From: Eremomyces bilateralis CBS 781.70
Taxonomy: Eukaryota
Strand: one strand, 5' to 3'
NCBI GenBank assembly: GCA_010015585.1
Contig: ML975155.1
DNA length: 64,000 bases
Part shown: positions 24,842 through 36,286 of the stretch, in pieces
Numbering within the stretch: the first letter of the stretch is position 1
How the letters are laid out: each line of letters opens with the position of its first letter
Translations under genes and position numbers: made by a program
Notes under the pieces: generated by a model
The model's input: only the letters and a program-made list of their open reading frames with translations
Databases searched by the model: none
Told to the model about the DNA's origin: nothing

Positions 24842-27276
24842 TCATCCCCTTCTCTTGACAAGAAATTCCCCGCTCGTGGCTTCGAACGCGTGGATGGGGC
24901 CCAGTAAGCTCTTCTCGGCCCCCCAGTATCGTATTCTAAACTTGCCTTCCACGGGCCGCCAACCCACCCCTTCCATGGAGTCGATATCCCAAGACACCGT
25001 CACCTCGCTAGTTCCAAGAACTTCGTTAGTACGCTTCCATTCGAATTGGAGATCCCAGTCCGCGTCATCCCTGATACGGTCCCAGGAACAGTCGGTGGCT
25101 CCTAAGCCTTCGTCTTGGCAGATGTACTGCTCGACGGCTGCGTACGTCGCCTCCAGCCGCAGATCGTTTCGTGGGTTGGCGCCGACGAACTTTACCGAGA
25201 TGGTCTCATCGTGCATGTACTCGGGCTTCACATCTTCTAGCACGTCGCCAAAGCCATGGAAAAGCCCGGGGTGGTCCACGACGACCGGCGTGATGAAGCT
25301 GAGGCTCCGGTTCGTGTTGATTGGCGGATTCGGGGAATCTACGTCAGGGTGCCGACCGCCATGGGTTTTCGGATTACTCCAAAGGCTTGGGAGGTATTCA
25401 AGGGTGAGATTCATGTATGCGGCAAGAGTATGCGGGCCATAGAGTGTTGATGCCCCCTCGTAACGCTGGACGCGGTATTCCTCTTCGGTCGCGATATAGT
25501 GAGTATAGGTATTGGCAGGTCCGCCAAGAACAACTATCGGCTCCGTGTCCGCTTCAGTGGTACGTCCTAGAACTGAAAGATGTCCGAAAGATTTGACTGA
25601 AGACGCAACCGCCTCTTTCCATCGTCTGCCAGCCATCGTCGTTGCCTCACCAGGGCTGACGATAATCACAAGCTGGCCGACCCTCAGTAGCTGGATGTCA
25701 ACGATATTAGGCGCCCAATCATAGGGAGCCTTCGTCTCGCCAACGTCAAGAAGAATCGGTTTCGGAGCTTGGCATGCCTTCTGCTCTTCAGTTGGGGTAT
25801 GGATGACGTTGCGGACAGTATCCCAGAATACGTTCCCCCCGGTGCTGTTCTGGCGGAAGTCAAACGCTCCCGGCCCGTCTGACGTCCCAGCAGCGAATGA
25901 GTAGCCAAGGGCAGCCGAACAGGTGCTCACCGTCGTACCGTTGGGAAGTACGAAGGTATAGTTAGCCAGTGATTCAAATGAATGGAGGGCACCAACGCCG
26001 CCGATAATGGGGATGAATTCGCTGGCAGATCGGGACAGCAAATCAACAGAAGGATATTCACCACCCTCGCTCCGGGTTTCGTTCTGCATGGCGTTGAAAA
26101 GATCAAAGGCAGCCTGATATTGTCGGCGGCCGATTTCAAAACAGCTTTTGGTTCCGCCGTCATCGAGGCCAAAGTATGGTCCCCGGCCATGGCAGCCCTG
26201 GCTGCGTCCCCCGCAGGTGCTATCCTCGAGGCGGCACTGTTCCCCGGATCCGTCCTCGCAGTAGGCACCCAGTACATTCGGCGACGTATCGCCAACGTTC
26301 GATTGGGAGAAGCCTGCAACAAATCCAGGGGCGATGTTCGAGTGATCGGATTCGACAACAGTCTCAAAGAGGTTCGCTGCGACGCCCTTGTTGTCACCGG
26401 TGATGAGAGTGTTGTTGCCTAGCATGCTCGTACCGTGGACGGGGAACCATGTCAGCACTCCTATATCGTGGCCGTCGGATGCGCGCTGGAATCGAAGAAG
26501 TGTCATGGTCTTATCAACATCGTCCTCATATCGATCTCTTTCCGCCTTCGGATTGGCAAGGTATGCATATAGGCTGCGGTTGATATTGGCGTCTTTCACG
26601 CGCGTATTCCCAACACTAAGTCTGCCCAACGCTCGGCTCTCGTGTGCTCTTTTGATGGACATGACAGTTCCATCCACGATTGCATGATAGCTTTGCTTGT
26701 CAAATCCTTTGCTAGTGACCTGCGGCAGCAGATAATTCAACCACGCTCCTGGTCCAGAATGCGAATGGGTACCAGTGACTGCAACGTTGTGTTGGCCGTA
26801 CACAGAATATTCTGGTCCTAGTTCTCGCAGCCCTTCGAGAATGCCATGGCGGATGGCAGTATCCCCGGATTGTATGTCGAGCACGAGATAGACGAAACAG
26901 TCCCCAGGATTATCCGAGTCTCCTACGATGAATGCGCGGGAATAGAGGCGTTGCTGCAAGCCTGTACCTACTTGCTTTGGGTCCGCGTAACCCATCAAAT
27001 TTAGCTCTACCACCGGACTTGAAGAGCAAGTCAGTAGTGTACATAGCAATCTTACGTGTCTGACACGGTCGCTTACCCTGTAATGTCTGCCTTTCCAACC
27101 CCCAAGACATATGTGCCATCACTCCCACCATGATGGTCGGACGATGGGAAAGACCAGAATTCCCATAACTTAAAACTGTCCCGGTTCCATGATAGTGACA
27201 CCCATATGCAACTCACTATCAGCAGCCATGTTATGGTAGCCGCAGTCAGTACGCGTGCGCGACGTGAAGGTGCCAT
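24842..27276 (-). CDS. neutral/alkaline non-lysosomal ceramidase, 2 exons
   Basis: N-terminal TM anchor; GVGKADITGPVVELNLMGYA, GTHSHSGPG, VHGTSM, SNVGDTSPN, AAGTSDGPG, TTMAGRR and YEGASTLYGP. Confidence 0.93.
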
Positions 27277-27639
27277 TCCCTGACGGCCCGCTCCACGCTT
27301 CGTATCGACATAGGTCGTCGGTGTCGACGGGTTTATAGATCAAACTTGAATCCAAGGTGTCAAACTCTGCAAAAGAATGGCGTCGTGTCCAACTGAAACA
27401 CGAATGAGATGGAGGTTGGGAGTTGAGACTCAAGTTGAGACGCGTGATTGCTGTAAGCAACGATGACGTCGCTTTGAACGGCGGAATAAAAACAAGAGGT
27501 CCAGGGAACGACAGGAGCTAGGCCTTTTATGGTTAGCGGAATAATCTTCATCTCCACGTCCGAAAGCCCAAGAGTCTTTATGGGAATGGCGATATCAACA
27601 ACCTCATCCTATACAGAGCCTCTCACTGCTTCTAACGCA

Positions 27640-28328
27640 ATGGTCCTCATTCAAGAATTCCCCGATGCCCTACCACGTATGTACTCAATACCCCATTTCC
27701 TCCATGTTCGTCGCTAATCCTTCCAGATCTTGACCCAGAACCATCTCCCTCCGCACGCGCTGCTATCGACTCCCTGATATCTTCGGAACTCGATGCCTCC
27801 CATACGACTACACTCCACGCTTCAGTCCCGACCTGGGAACCAACTTTCACCCTGTTGATGCAACAGGAGCTCCGGCGCATCGACTCGAAAGCCCCACGCG
27901 ACCCGAACACCGGCATCGATCTCTCTCGCTACGAAGCGCTTTCCGCCGCCGACGCAGATCCCACGCATCCCGAAAATGAATTAGAAGCATGGAAACGTAC
28001 CCTCCGGCGCGCCTACACCTCGCACAGCTATCTAACCGAGCGAACCCACGCACTCGCGCTGCTCGAGACGTTCGGGAAGAACGCGTGGTTGATCGGGAAC
28101 CACGACATGGAGGCGATCCTGCGCGGATTGGAAAAAGAGCTGGCGCAGCGGCGGGACGAGGTGGAGCAAGTGGATGCGGAACGTGAAGGGATGCAGAGGG
28201 AGGTGGAGGGCGAGTTGCGAGGGCTAGAAACAGCGTGGAAGACGGGGGTGAGGATGATGGTGGAGACGGGGGTTGCGGTGGAGACGTTGAGGGCACAGGT
28301 GTTGGAGAGGCGGAGGGCGGCGGCTTGA
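27640..28328 (+). CDS. SPF27: pre-mRNA splicing factor SPF27/BCAS2 (Cwf7-like), intron 27677-27726
   Basis: DALPHLD, GIDLSRYE, LLETFGKNAWLIGN and a C-terminal coiled coil with LETAWK. Confidence 0.85.
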
Positions 28329-29058
28329 TGGGTGGAGGCTATGATATGTCAGGTATGGGATATTCTCTTTTCCAGGAGGACACGTCACGGATCAGCCACT
28401 ATGGTTTACTTCGCGGAGCCTCGATTGTGATCTATCGTGGACTTTTCTCCGTCTGATCCCGCACTATCCAGTGTGTTCATGAGCCAAAATGCGCCCGGAT
28501 GGGAAAGATTCGCAACGCATCCTGGAGCCCTAGGTTTGGTTGCGATGGCAGCGGTCGGGTCTCCTGTTGAGAGGTGTGCACGACAAAGTGCGGCTCACCC
28601 TCGAAATTGGGCAATCGCGGCTATGCATCGAGTTAACATCACTTCGGGATTGCACGGAACTCCCGGTTTTGATTAACGTGATTGGAACGCTGTCAACAGT
28701 GACAAAGGATTACGCCTACGAGAGTGTCCCATCACAAAGATGCTTGGTTTGGAAGCAGAAATATTAATCAACAATAAATCCACCAATCGAGGGAATGGTG
28801 CGGAGTCGAGCGGGCGATCGTATCTAGTAGCCACAGATCGTTGCGAAATCACGACAGGAGTGTACACGACCACGATTCATCCACCTTGCATACCAGTGTG
28901 AATAAAGCTAAGTGTTTATCGTCATCTATTTCATCATAAACCTCCAGAGCTATGGAGCTATGGAGCTATGGAATGTGCACGCTATCATGCGAAGAACTCA
29001 GCTGCAACTGAAAAGAGGTATCTTAATCCCATTACGCCATTCGAAACAGTCTCGCAAA

Positions 29059-30882
29059 TCAGAAATGAGGGGCATTCAGCGCCATCACGCACAACAGACC
29101 CGAAATCAACCCGGCGCACGGGAGGGTGAGCATCCAACCCATCAAGATGTAAGCCATCTGGCGCCAATTGACGGCTCCGAGCGACAAATTCATCAGCGCC
29201 ACGCCCATGACGGAACCGGTCAAACACTGGGTGGTGGATACGGGCAGGCCCAGACGGGAGGCCATCAGCACGGTGATGGCGGCGCCGAGCTCCATGCTGA
29301 AGCCGCGGGTGGGCGAGAGCTGGGTGATGCGGTTGCCTAGGGCGCGGATGATGTGGTAGCCGAAGAACCAGAAGCCGGCGCCGAGGAGGATACCGGCGAT
29401 GACGAGGATCCAGATGGGGGTGTCGGTTTTCGACTCCACGACGCCAGTCATGTAGACGTCGTAGGTGGCGACCCAGGGACCGACAGCGTTGGCAACATCG
29501 TTGGAACTGGGGATGGTCAGTATAGATACGGTATATGCGGGTTGCTAACTTACCCGTGAGCGATGGACATCATCATGGCGCTGACGACTTGGGCATAGGT
29601 CCACAGATGCTCGACCCTGTTGTCGTAGCGGGTAGCTAGGGAATGAGCCTTGCGAATGTGCTCGGATTGGTGAGTGATGCAGTCTCGGCTGACACCCTGA
29701 AGCGCTAACCACTTGAGCCAGTTCAAGAGCTTCTTCGGATGGTAGATGGGGAGATGTCTGACCGGCACCAGCCAGCGCTCCTCGGGCTCGGGCCTCCTCT
29801 TTCGGAGTCGAACTGGTTCACCGGTGGTATTGGGGACGGCGGTGGACTCGCCCGTGGCGGCCTCAACATCCTTACCAGCGATTTCGTTTGTGGACTTGTT
29901 GCTATTGATATCGAAAGACTTCTCGCCCTGTGTGGTTTCGGGATACCTAGGGTCATGACCCTCTTCATAATAGTCGGTGACGATTTCACTGTCCGCGGCG
30001 CCGGGGAAATACAGCCATTGGTTTTCGCGGTATAGGAGAGGGCCCAACGGAACGTGCCAGATTCGGACGCGGCTGTCCTCCTGCACCAGGCGGCGATGGA
30101 AGAACGGGACCATGAAGACTATGGAGAAGAGGAGGATGCCGAAGAAGACCCCGAGAATTGAGCCCAGGAGGGTTCCGAGCGGAAAGTTTTCAAGATCCTC
30201 AGATTGCGGCAGCTCGACGATGATGAACAGAGTGAGCACCCCGGCGGTGAAGGCGAAGTACACGGGAATGGCTCGCAGCGCCCGCTTCAACGGGTCTTTT
30301 CGCTCCAGGATGGCGAACTTCAAAGTCGCGAAGAGGATGGCAGAGATGGCGCCGGAGATCAGTGGCGCGATAGCCCACGATGCGGCGATCTGAGACACGG
30401 AGCCTTCGGACCATTCCCATTTGATGGTCGCGGTGGAGGCGATGCCAGAACCCACCAGGGCGCCCACGATGGTCTGAGTGGTCGAAACGGGGAAACCCAA
30501 GCTGGTCGCAAAGATAAGCCAGAAGGCGGAACCGATCTCAGCGCATCCCATCACGAGCATAAGCACCGCGGGGGAGTTTTCGAATTTGGAGATGTTCATG
30601 ATTCCGTTCTTGATGGTGCTGGTGACACGGGATCCGAGGGCGACGGCGCCAACGAACTCGGTACACGCCGAGATCACGCCGACTTGCGGCATGGTGAGGG
30701 TGCGAGCAGCAACGCTGTTGGGATCTGAATCAGCATTGGCGTCTTGAACGTCGTCAGTGTGCTACGTACCTCGTAGCGAAGGAGTTGGCCACATCGTTCG
30801 CACCGTTACCGAAGGACGAGCAAACGAAGGCGATGGAGATGATCGCGAGGATCCAATCGTAACGCTTGAGGGCCGGAGCCAT
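29059..30882 (-). CDS. PHO89: Na+/phosphate symporter, PiT family (Pho89/Pho-4), 3 exons
   Basis: GNGANDVANSFATSV, PVSTTQ twice, AHGSNDVANAVGP and many TM helices. Confidence 0.93.
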
Positions 30883-32556
30883 GATAATGAAGAGTCTTCG
30901 ATGAAGATTTTCAAGGTTCGGCGTGTGGACCGGGTGGTGAACTTGTGATGGCAAGGCTATAGGTAGGGGATCCAGAGTAGGAGACGTGATGGGGGAGATG
31001 GATATTTTATATACGGCTGGGGGTTCTACGCACGGCGCCGCTCATAACCTAGTTGTTCGGGGTTGCATATGCAGTGGAAGATACGGATCCGCTAAATCCA
31101 AACAATTAGCACTATGAATAATATCAAGACCAGTACCACCACATCTAGATTAAGGAGATATGGTACCGAGCTAGGGCTGAAAAATTTGGCGGCCTTCCGG
31201 TCTGATTTAGGTAGCGGGTCGACCGCCTGTGGTTGTTGTGGTGGCTGCCAATTTCTCAGCACCCCCGGCCAAACAATGGGCGATTATTATCAGTAGCCAC
31301 TTAATTCTAGGGGGGGGTTGTGGTTACTCATCACCCGCACAATGTGCAGATTTGGGAGGTAGCGGGGTGGTATCGAGAATGTGGCTTCTACGCTAAATTC
31401 TCTTTCACGAGGTGTTCTGGACCCCGCAGGACCATTCACAAAAACACGTTCCTGTTGAATGGACTGTCGTTGGACTGATTTCTCTTCGGTACCCATAAAT
31501 CCTCCCATGAAATCGTCCCACGCTACCGTTCGCCTCCACGCATGCCCCATCTCTGAACGATGCTCGCCTTAACCGGAGGAAAGTTCTCTTCATCTGCCCA
31601 GCCAGTGACAACCAGTCCAGGAAACACGATGTACAAATTGATGGAAAATTACGATGACTGAGTTACGAGAGCTTCGGTTCCTTCGCATATCATTGCCTCA
31701 TCCGGGATATATGAGTCTGCTTTGGGGGTTTGGCTCTCACGTTACGGAACACCCACCATCCAACCAGAGCCCATACTTCCACATCGTGATGGTTTTGCTC
31801 GTCGTCTCAGAGCCGTCCAAGTGGTCGCGTGCTCTCATGCCTCGTTCGGACCGGTTTAATCAATGGACGCCACTGGTACTCCCTCCCGGCTGCCCTGGTT
31901 TGATCGTTCAATTTCTCCTACCTTGCAAGTTGCAACGCGGGAACTTGGCAGGTTGAATCCGCCCATTGCCAAGAGCAAACCGCCGGAGGCCGGAGTGCAG
32001 AATTGCAACGTTGATAATTGGCCTGATACACCATATATCGCGCCATGAGCTTGGTATGACCTGGGCAACATCCGATAAATGCGATCGATCTTTCCAACGA
32101 ATTTGGCTATGATTGATCGTCATTGATCTTCATTGCGAGCGATATACAATCCCAACTGCCAACGTCACTCGTGATACACCAACGACCGCATGTTAATTCA
32201 ACTGTTGAAATGAGATTATTTGGAGAGGATAATCTGCGTCAGAATCTTCGCTCTGCTGACCATTTGCTCAATATATATGCATCGAAGCCAAGGGAAACTG
32301 TGTAGACTGTAGAGTTAGTATTCCGTAACGAGGTTGAGTTGATGCTATCCCTGTCCGCGGACGTTGACTCCAAGACGGCACCAAGAGCCTCAAAGTCAAC
32401 GCCGCGGTGATCATAGAAGAATTTTCCATTGCACCATGTTACACTCGAAAATTCGTGCATTCTCCACCATCTCCAAGGCCATAGGTCTTGAGGTTTCGAG
32501 AACCCGCCTCCAGAGATCCGTCCCCTCCCCTATCCTCCTAACATTCGAACGGAACC

Positions 32557-33669
32557 ATGGACCCCGGTTTCCGCGCAGTCTGCATCTTCTCCGCCTACAT
32601 GCTTCTCGCAGCGGGGCTGAGCACCCGTCTCATCTATCTTCTCTCGACCCAAGCCCGTAGAAGGGCTCGACGGTTGGCCGCCGATGGCAAGTCGAAAGGG
32701 CTTCATGCGGGGCGCAGAGGGCCACTCTTCGGCATCCTCACGATGATCAGCCTGGCGACGACCTGGTATTATATGTTTGCGTTCTTTGCAACTTCTTACC
32801 GAGCCTGGGCCGCGCATCGTGGGATCATGGCATCCGATCATCCGTATGGAGCCCAACTGGCGCTGTGGCTGAAGGAGAGCTCTTTGTTTAAGGAGGCGTG
32901 GGGAACAGCGCTGGACACGCCCGGGCGGCTGTGGTGGACGCAACAGATCTTCTCCTTCACTACGGCCTGGAGTATCTTCCTGGGATTTGAAGGTGAGAGC
33001 AATCAATTTTCGGTTTCATTTTGATCCACGCTGGAAGCTGAGTGACGGATCGTCATTTGATATTGGAATGCGGAGCGGTTGTTGACATGGCATGCAGGGA
33101 ACAGACGACACATCCCATATCTATGGGCATTCATGTTATTGGGTCAGATCGTTGCCATCTCCTTTGCATCAAATTTGTCATTTCTAGCCGTGATTCTATT
33201 TCCCCTCGAATCACCGTCTCCTTCGACCTTGTGGGTGCCATCCAAGACGCTCCTGTCCCTGATTGCGTCGATATCATTTGGTTGCGTTGCTGCCATTCCA
33301 TATTTGCGATCGACCCCCTACTTTATCATTGTCCTTGGCCTCCCACATTTGCTCCTTTTTCTTCCGTTATATTTGCACAGCCTACCGCGACAGCTTGGAT
33401 TCACTGTCAAGTCTCAGACCAATGCCGAGACACATTTTCGACGAGTATACCTCTTCGTCTTTGTGCTCGGCTGCACCTTGCAGATCAAAGCCACTGTGGA
33501 TGTCGTAGGCACAGAGGAAGGGCTTTTCGGCATCCTGAGGGCTTTTCACGAACACCCAGCAGTAAGCAGTGTTGGTTGGGACGTCATCTGTTGCTGGGTG
33601 AGCTTTTCCATATGGGCTGCTTTCTCAGGAAAAGTCTCAAACGTACCAAAGGTGGTTAAGGCTAAATGA
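32557..33669 (+). CDS. multi-pass membrane protein of unknown function, intron 32993-33097
   Basis: About 8-9 hydrophobic segments; motifs LATTWYYM, LWLKESSLFKEAW, LGQIVAISFASNL and HPAVSSVGWDVI. Confidence 0.8.
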
Positions 33670-35124
33670 CAACATCTTCGTCCTTGTTCTGTTCAGAAGT
33701 CCTTGCAACGACCATCATGCCCCTTACAGAGCCGCTATTCGCCCACCATCTGAACAAATGTTTCGCAAGAGCAAATTTCCCGATGTTAATTCCAACCTTC
33801 TGAAGCACGACGGTTTGCCTCTCGATAAACTGACTCAGGGGTTCGAACACGTGCTCCGAGATGTCCTGGATCTGGATCTTGTCGTCCTCATATCCGGCCG
33901 TACGGAGCATTTCACGGTACTCGCGTACAGGCATGAAGGCCCCGAACGGACATCCGAGCATTTTTGCAACCATCGAAAGCGCAAGGCGAGACAGGGAAGA
34001 AACGTCGTCAGCGAGCACAAGATCGAAAGTCATCAACGAGGCGTCCAACGTTTGACGAGCATATTTCAAAACCGGGAGCCTCGATGGTGAGAAATGGTAC
34101 ATGGAGTCGAGTGCGAGAACCCACGTTTCGGTGCCTGGGACCAAGAGCCCGTCATTTCGTTCAGTTGCTCGGTTTCGAAGAGATTCGGCCTCCCCCAAAA
34201 GCGTTCGGCTCCATCCGTCTGGATTCGCAGCATCACCGCAAAACAGCTGAACGTCCGCCTCCAGTCCGCGGTGAGATATTCGTTGCCCCACACGTTGACC
34301 AGCGATATCACAGTGGCTTTGATTGAACGTGATGCCGACGTATTTATTCAAGCGGAACGACGAAACCGGCCCCCCGGGTAGTCGGAAGGGACTTTGAGCA
34401 TGCAACAAAGCCAGAATTTGATCGCCGCAACCGTAGCCGAGATCCAAGACGTCCAAGTTGTGGTGACGGTGGTTAGATGGCGTTTCATCGGGGGACCTCA
34501 AGCCTGCGAATTTCAAAAGTTGCAGGAGGAGGCTCTCGCTCGCCGTCTGGAAATCTTTCGTGTCCTGTTACATGTCAGATCATAGGACTATATACAATGT
34601 CTACATCAGTGGATCATGACCTTCCAATATCCCATATTCATCCACAGGGCTGAGGATTCACCCTTCTGCGTCACTCCGGCTTCCGTCAGTGGCCTCAGGT
34701 TGAGCTTGTAGTGGTCCAAGTCATAAAAGCCCGAGCGGGTATCATCATGCGTCGGAAACTTGCACCCATCCTTGATGAACGACCGAACTGCTGGCAAAAT
34801 GCCACCACCGAAACTGAACGCAGCAGCGTACGTAATCACGCCCGATGGATCTGAGCCGAAAAGCCGGATAAGCACGACGGAGAGTATCATTCTTAAGACC
34901 AATTCGAGTATGTAACCCCAATTCATGCTTCCGGTTTTGTCGGGCTGTGGAGGAGGCGTCCATCCATCTTTGATTAACGACCGAACTCCGGACGAGATGC
35001 CAGTACCGAACGACGCGGCAACAACGTTGGAAATTTGGCTGGGTGGATGTGGACCGAAAAGCCGGACAAGTACGACGGAGAGTGTGATGCCCAAGACCAA
35101 TTCGAGTATAGAACCTAGAATCAT
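33662..35124 (-). CDS. class I SAM-dependent methyltransferase with duplicated hydrophobic N-terminus, intron 34565-34620
   Basis: WMNMGYW, motif I VLDLGYGCGDQ, LALDSMYHF and GYEDDKIQIQDISEHVF. Confidence 0.88.
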
Positions 35125-35534
35125 GATGCCGGTTTCGTCGGGCTATGGAGGATGATGAGAAGGACGGGGGAACTCCATATGGAAGTTATACAATTCCGTC
35201 CAATGGATTGAATCCGCTATTCCGCTTCGAGTTAGACTGGCAGAGCATCGTTCAGAACTGTAGGAGAACAGTACAGTATTGACGAGAAGATTCAACAAAA
35301 GGAGTCGGAGTTGAAGTGAGTCGAGAGTTCTTGAAATTTAAGATGAACATGTCATGGTCTAGTATTAAATCGACAGTTCGGATGGTCCTTCTTTATCCTG
35401 TTACTGGCAATATTCCATAATCCAGCTTCTTCCATCCATTTCTTTCCTGTACCCACCCTGATGCCGTTTGTTGCTTGATAAGGTATCCAGCCTAAGCGTC
35501 TCCATATATGTGTTAGACTTTGGATGTTGATATT

Positions 35535-35928
35535 GGAGAGGTTTTGCAACCTCGAAAACCATTTTACAACTCCACTTCAACCCACCTTTCTGTTGGCCCT
35601 AGATCCTAATCGGGTTTACGGTGTAAATTTTGATGATCCACAGTTGTAACTCATTTACAACAGTTGTAATTGAGTTACAACTGGTTGAAAATGCGCTAAC
35701 GAACTTGCGTGAAGTTTGATTGGCCGGAACCAAAGTTTTTGATGCCTTAGGCCACAATGTTGATGCCTTAAAATTATTTTTTACAACTTGTACAACTTTT
35801 TGTTGCCTCGTTGCCTCAGGCTTAATATTATAGTTTATACGCTAACCTTATATAGAGATATTAACCGCTTTTTCTGTGGAGTTGTAAATCGAGTTGTAAA
35901 ATGGTTTTCTAGGTTGCAAAACCTCTCC
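35535..35928. mobile_element. MITE (~394 bp), ~38-bp TIRs GGAGAGGTTTTGCAACCT(C/A)GAAAACCATTTTACAACTC, 3-bp TSD ATT (PIF/Harbinger-group-like)
   Basis: Inverted termini with one mismatch; ATT at both 35532-35534 and 35929-35931; AT-rich interior with no credible coding capacity. Confidence 0.85.
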
Positions 35929-36083
35929 ATTGAAGCACTCTTTATCCCTATGAATAAAGACTGGACCATGCAACACATACTTAGGTAGTCTCTTCTGTTC
36001 CTCCCCCTTCCTGTCCATTCCATGCAGCAGGGCATATTTACATCCGATGTCATTGAGTTGAGAGCACTTATGCTACTATACTA

Positions 36084-36256
36084 CAGTCAACCACCGCTAT
36101 AACGATTACCGCTACAGCGATATTCGCGTTATAGCGATAATATTCCCTGCACGGATTCTCAATCAATGCTGCCAAGAAAATTCGTTTTAGCGATATCCGC
36201 GTTATAACGATTGGATTCGCCTGTACGGATTCAATCGTTATAGCGAAGGTTGACTG
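36084..36256. mobile_element. MITE (173 bp), Tc1/mariner-pogo-type, TSD TA
   Basis: TA|CAGTCAACCACCGCTATAACGATT ... AATCGTTATAGCGAAGGTTGACTG|TA, with internal repeats of G(C/T)TATA(A/G)CGAT. Confidence 0.88.
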
Positions 36257-36286
36257 TATATGCATCCACTCATTGCAACCATTCCG

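Noticed and set aside
28947..28971. GAGCTATG x3
   Set aside because: Simple microsatellite in a 3' region.
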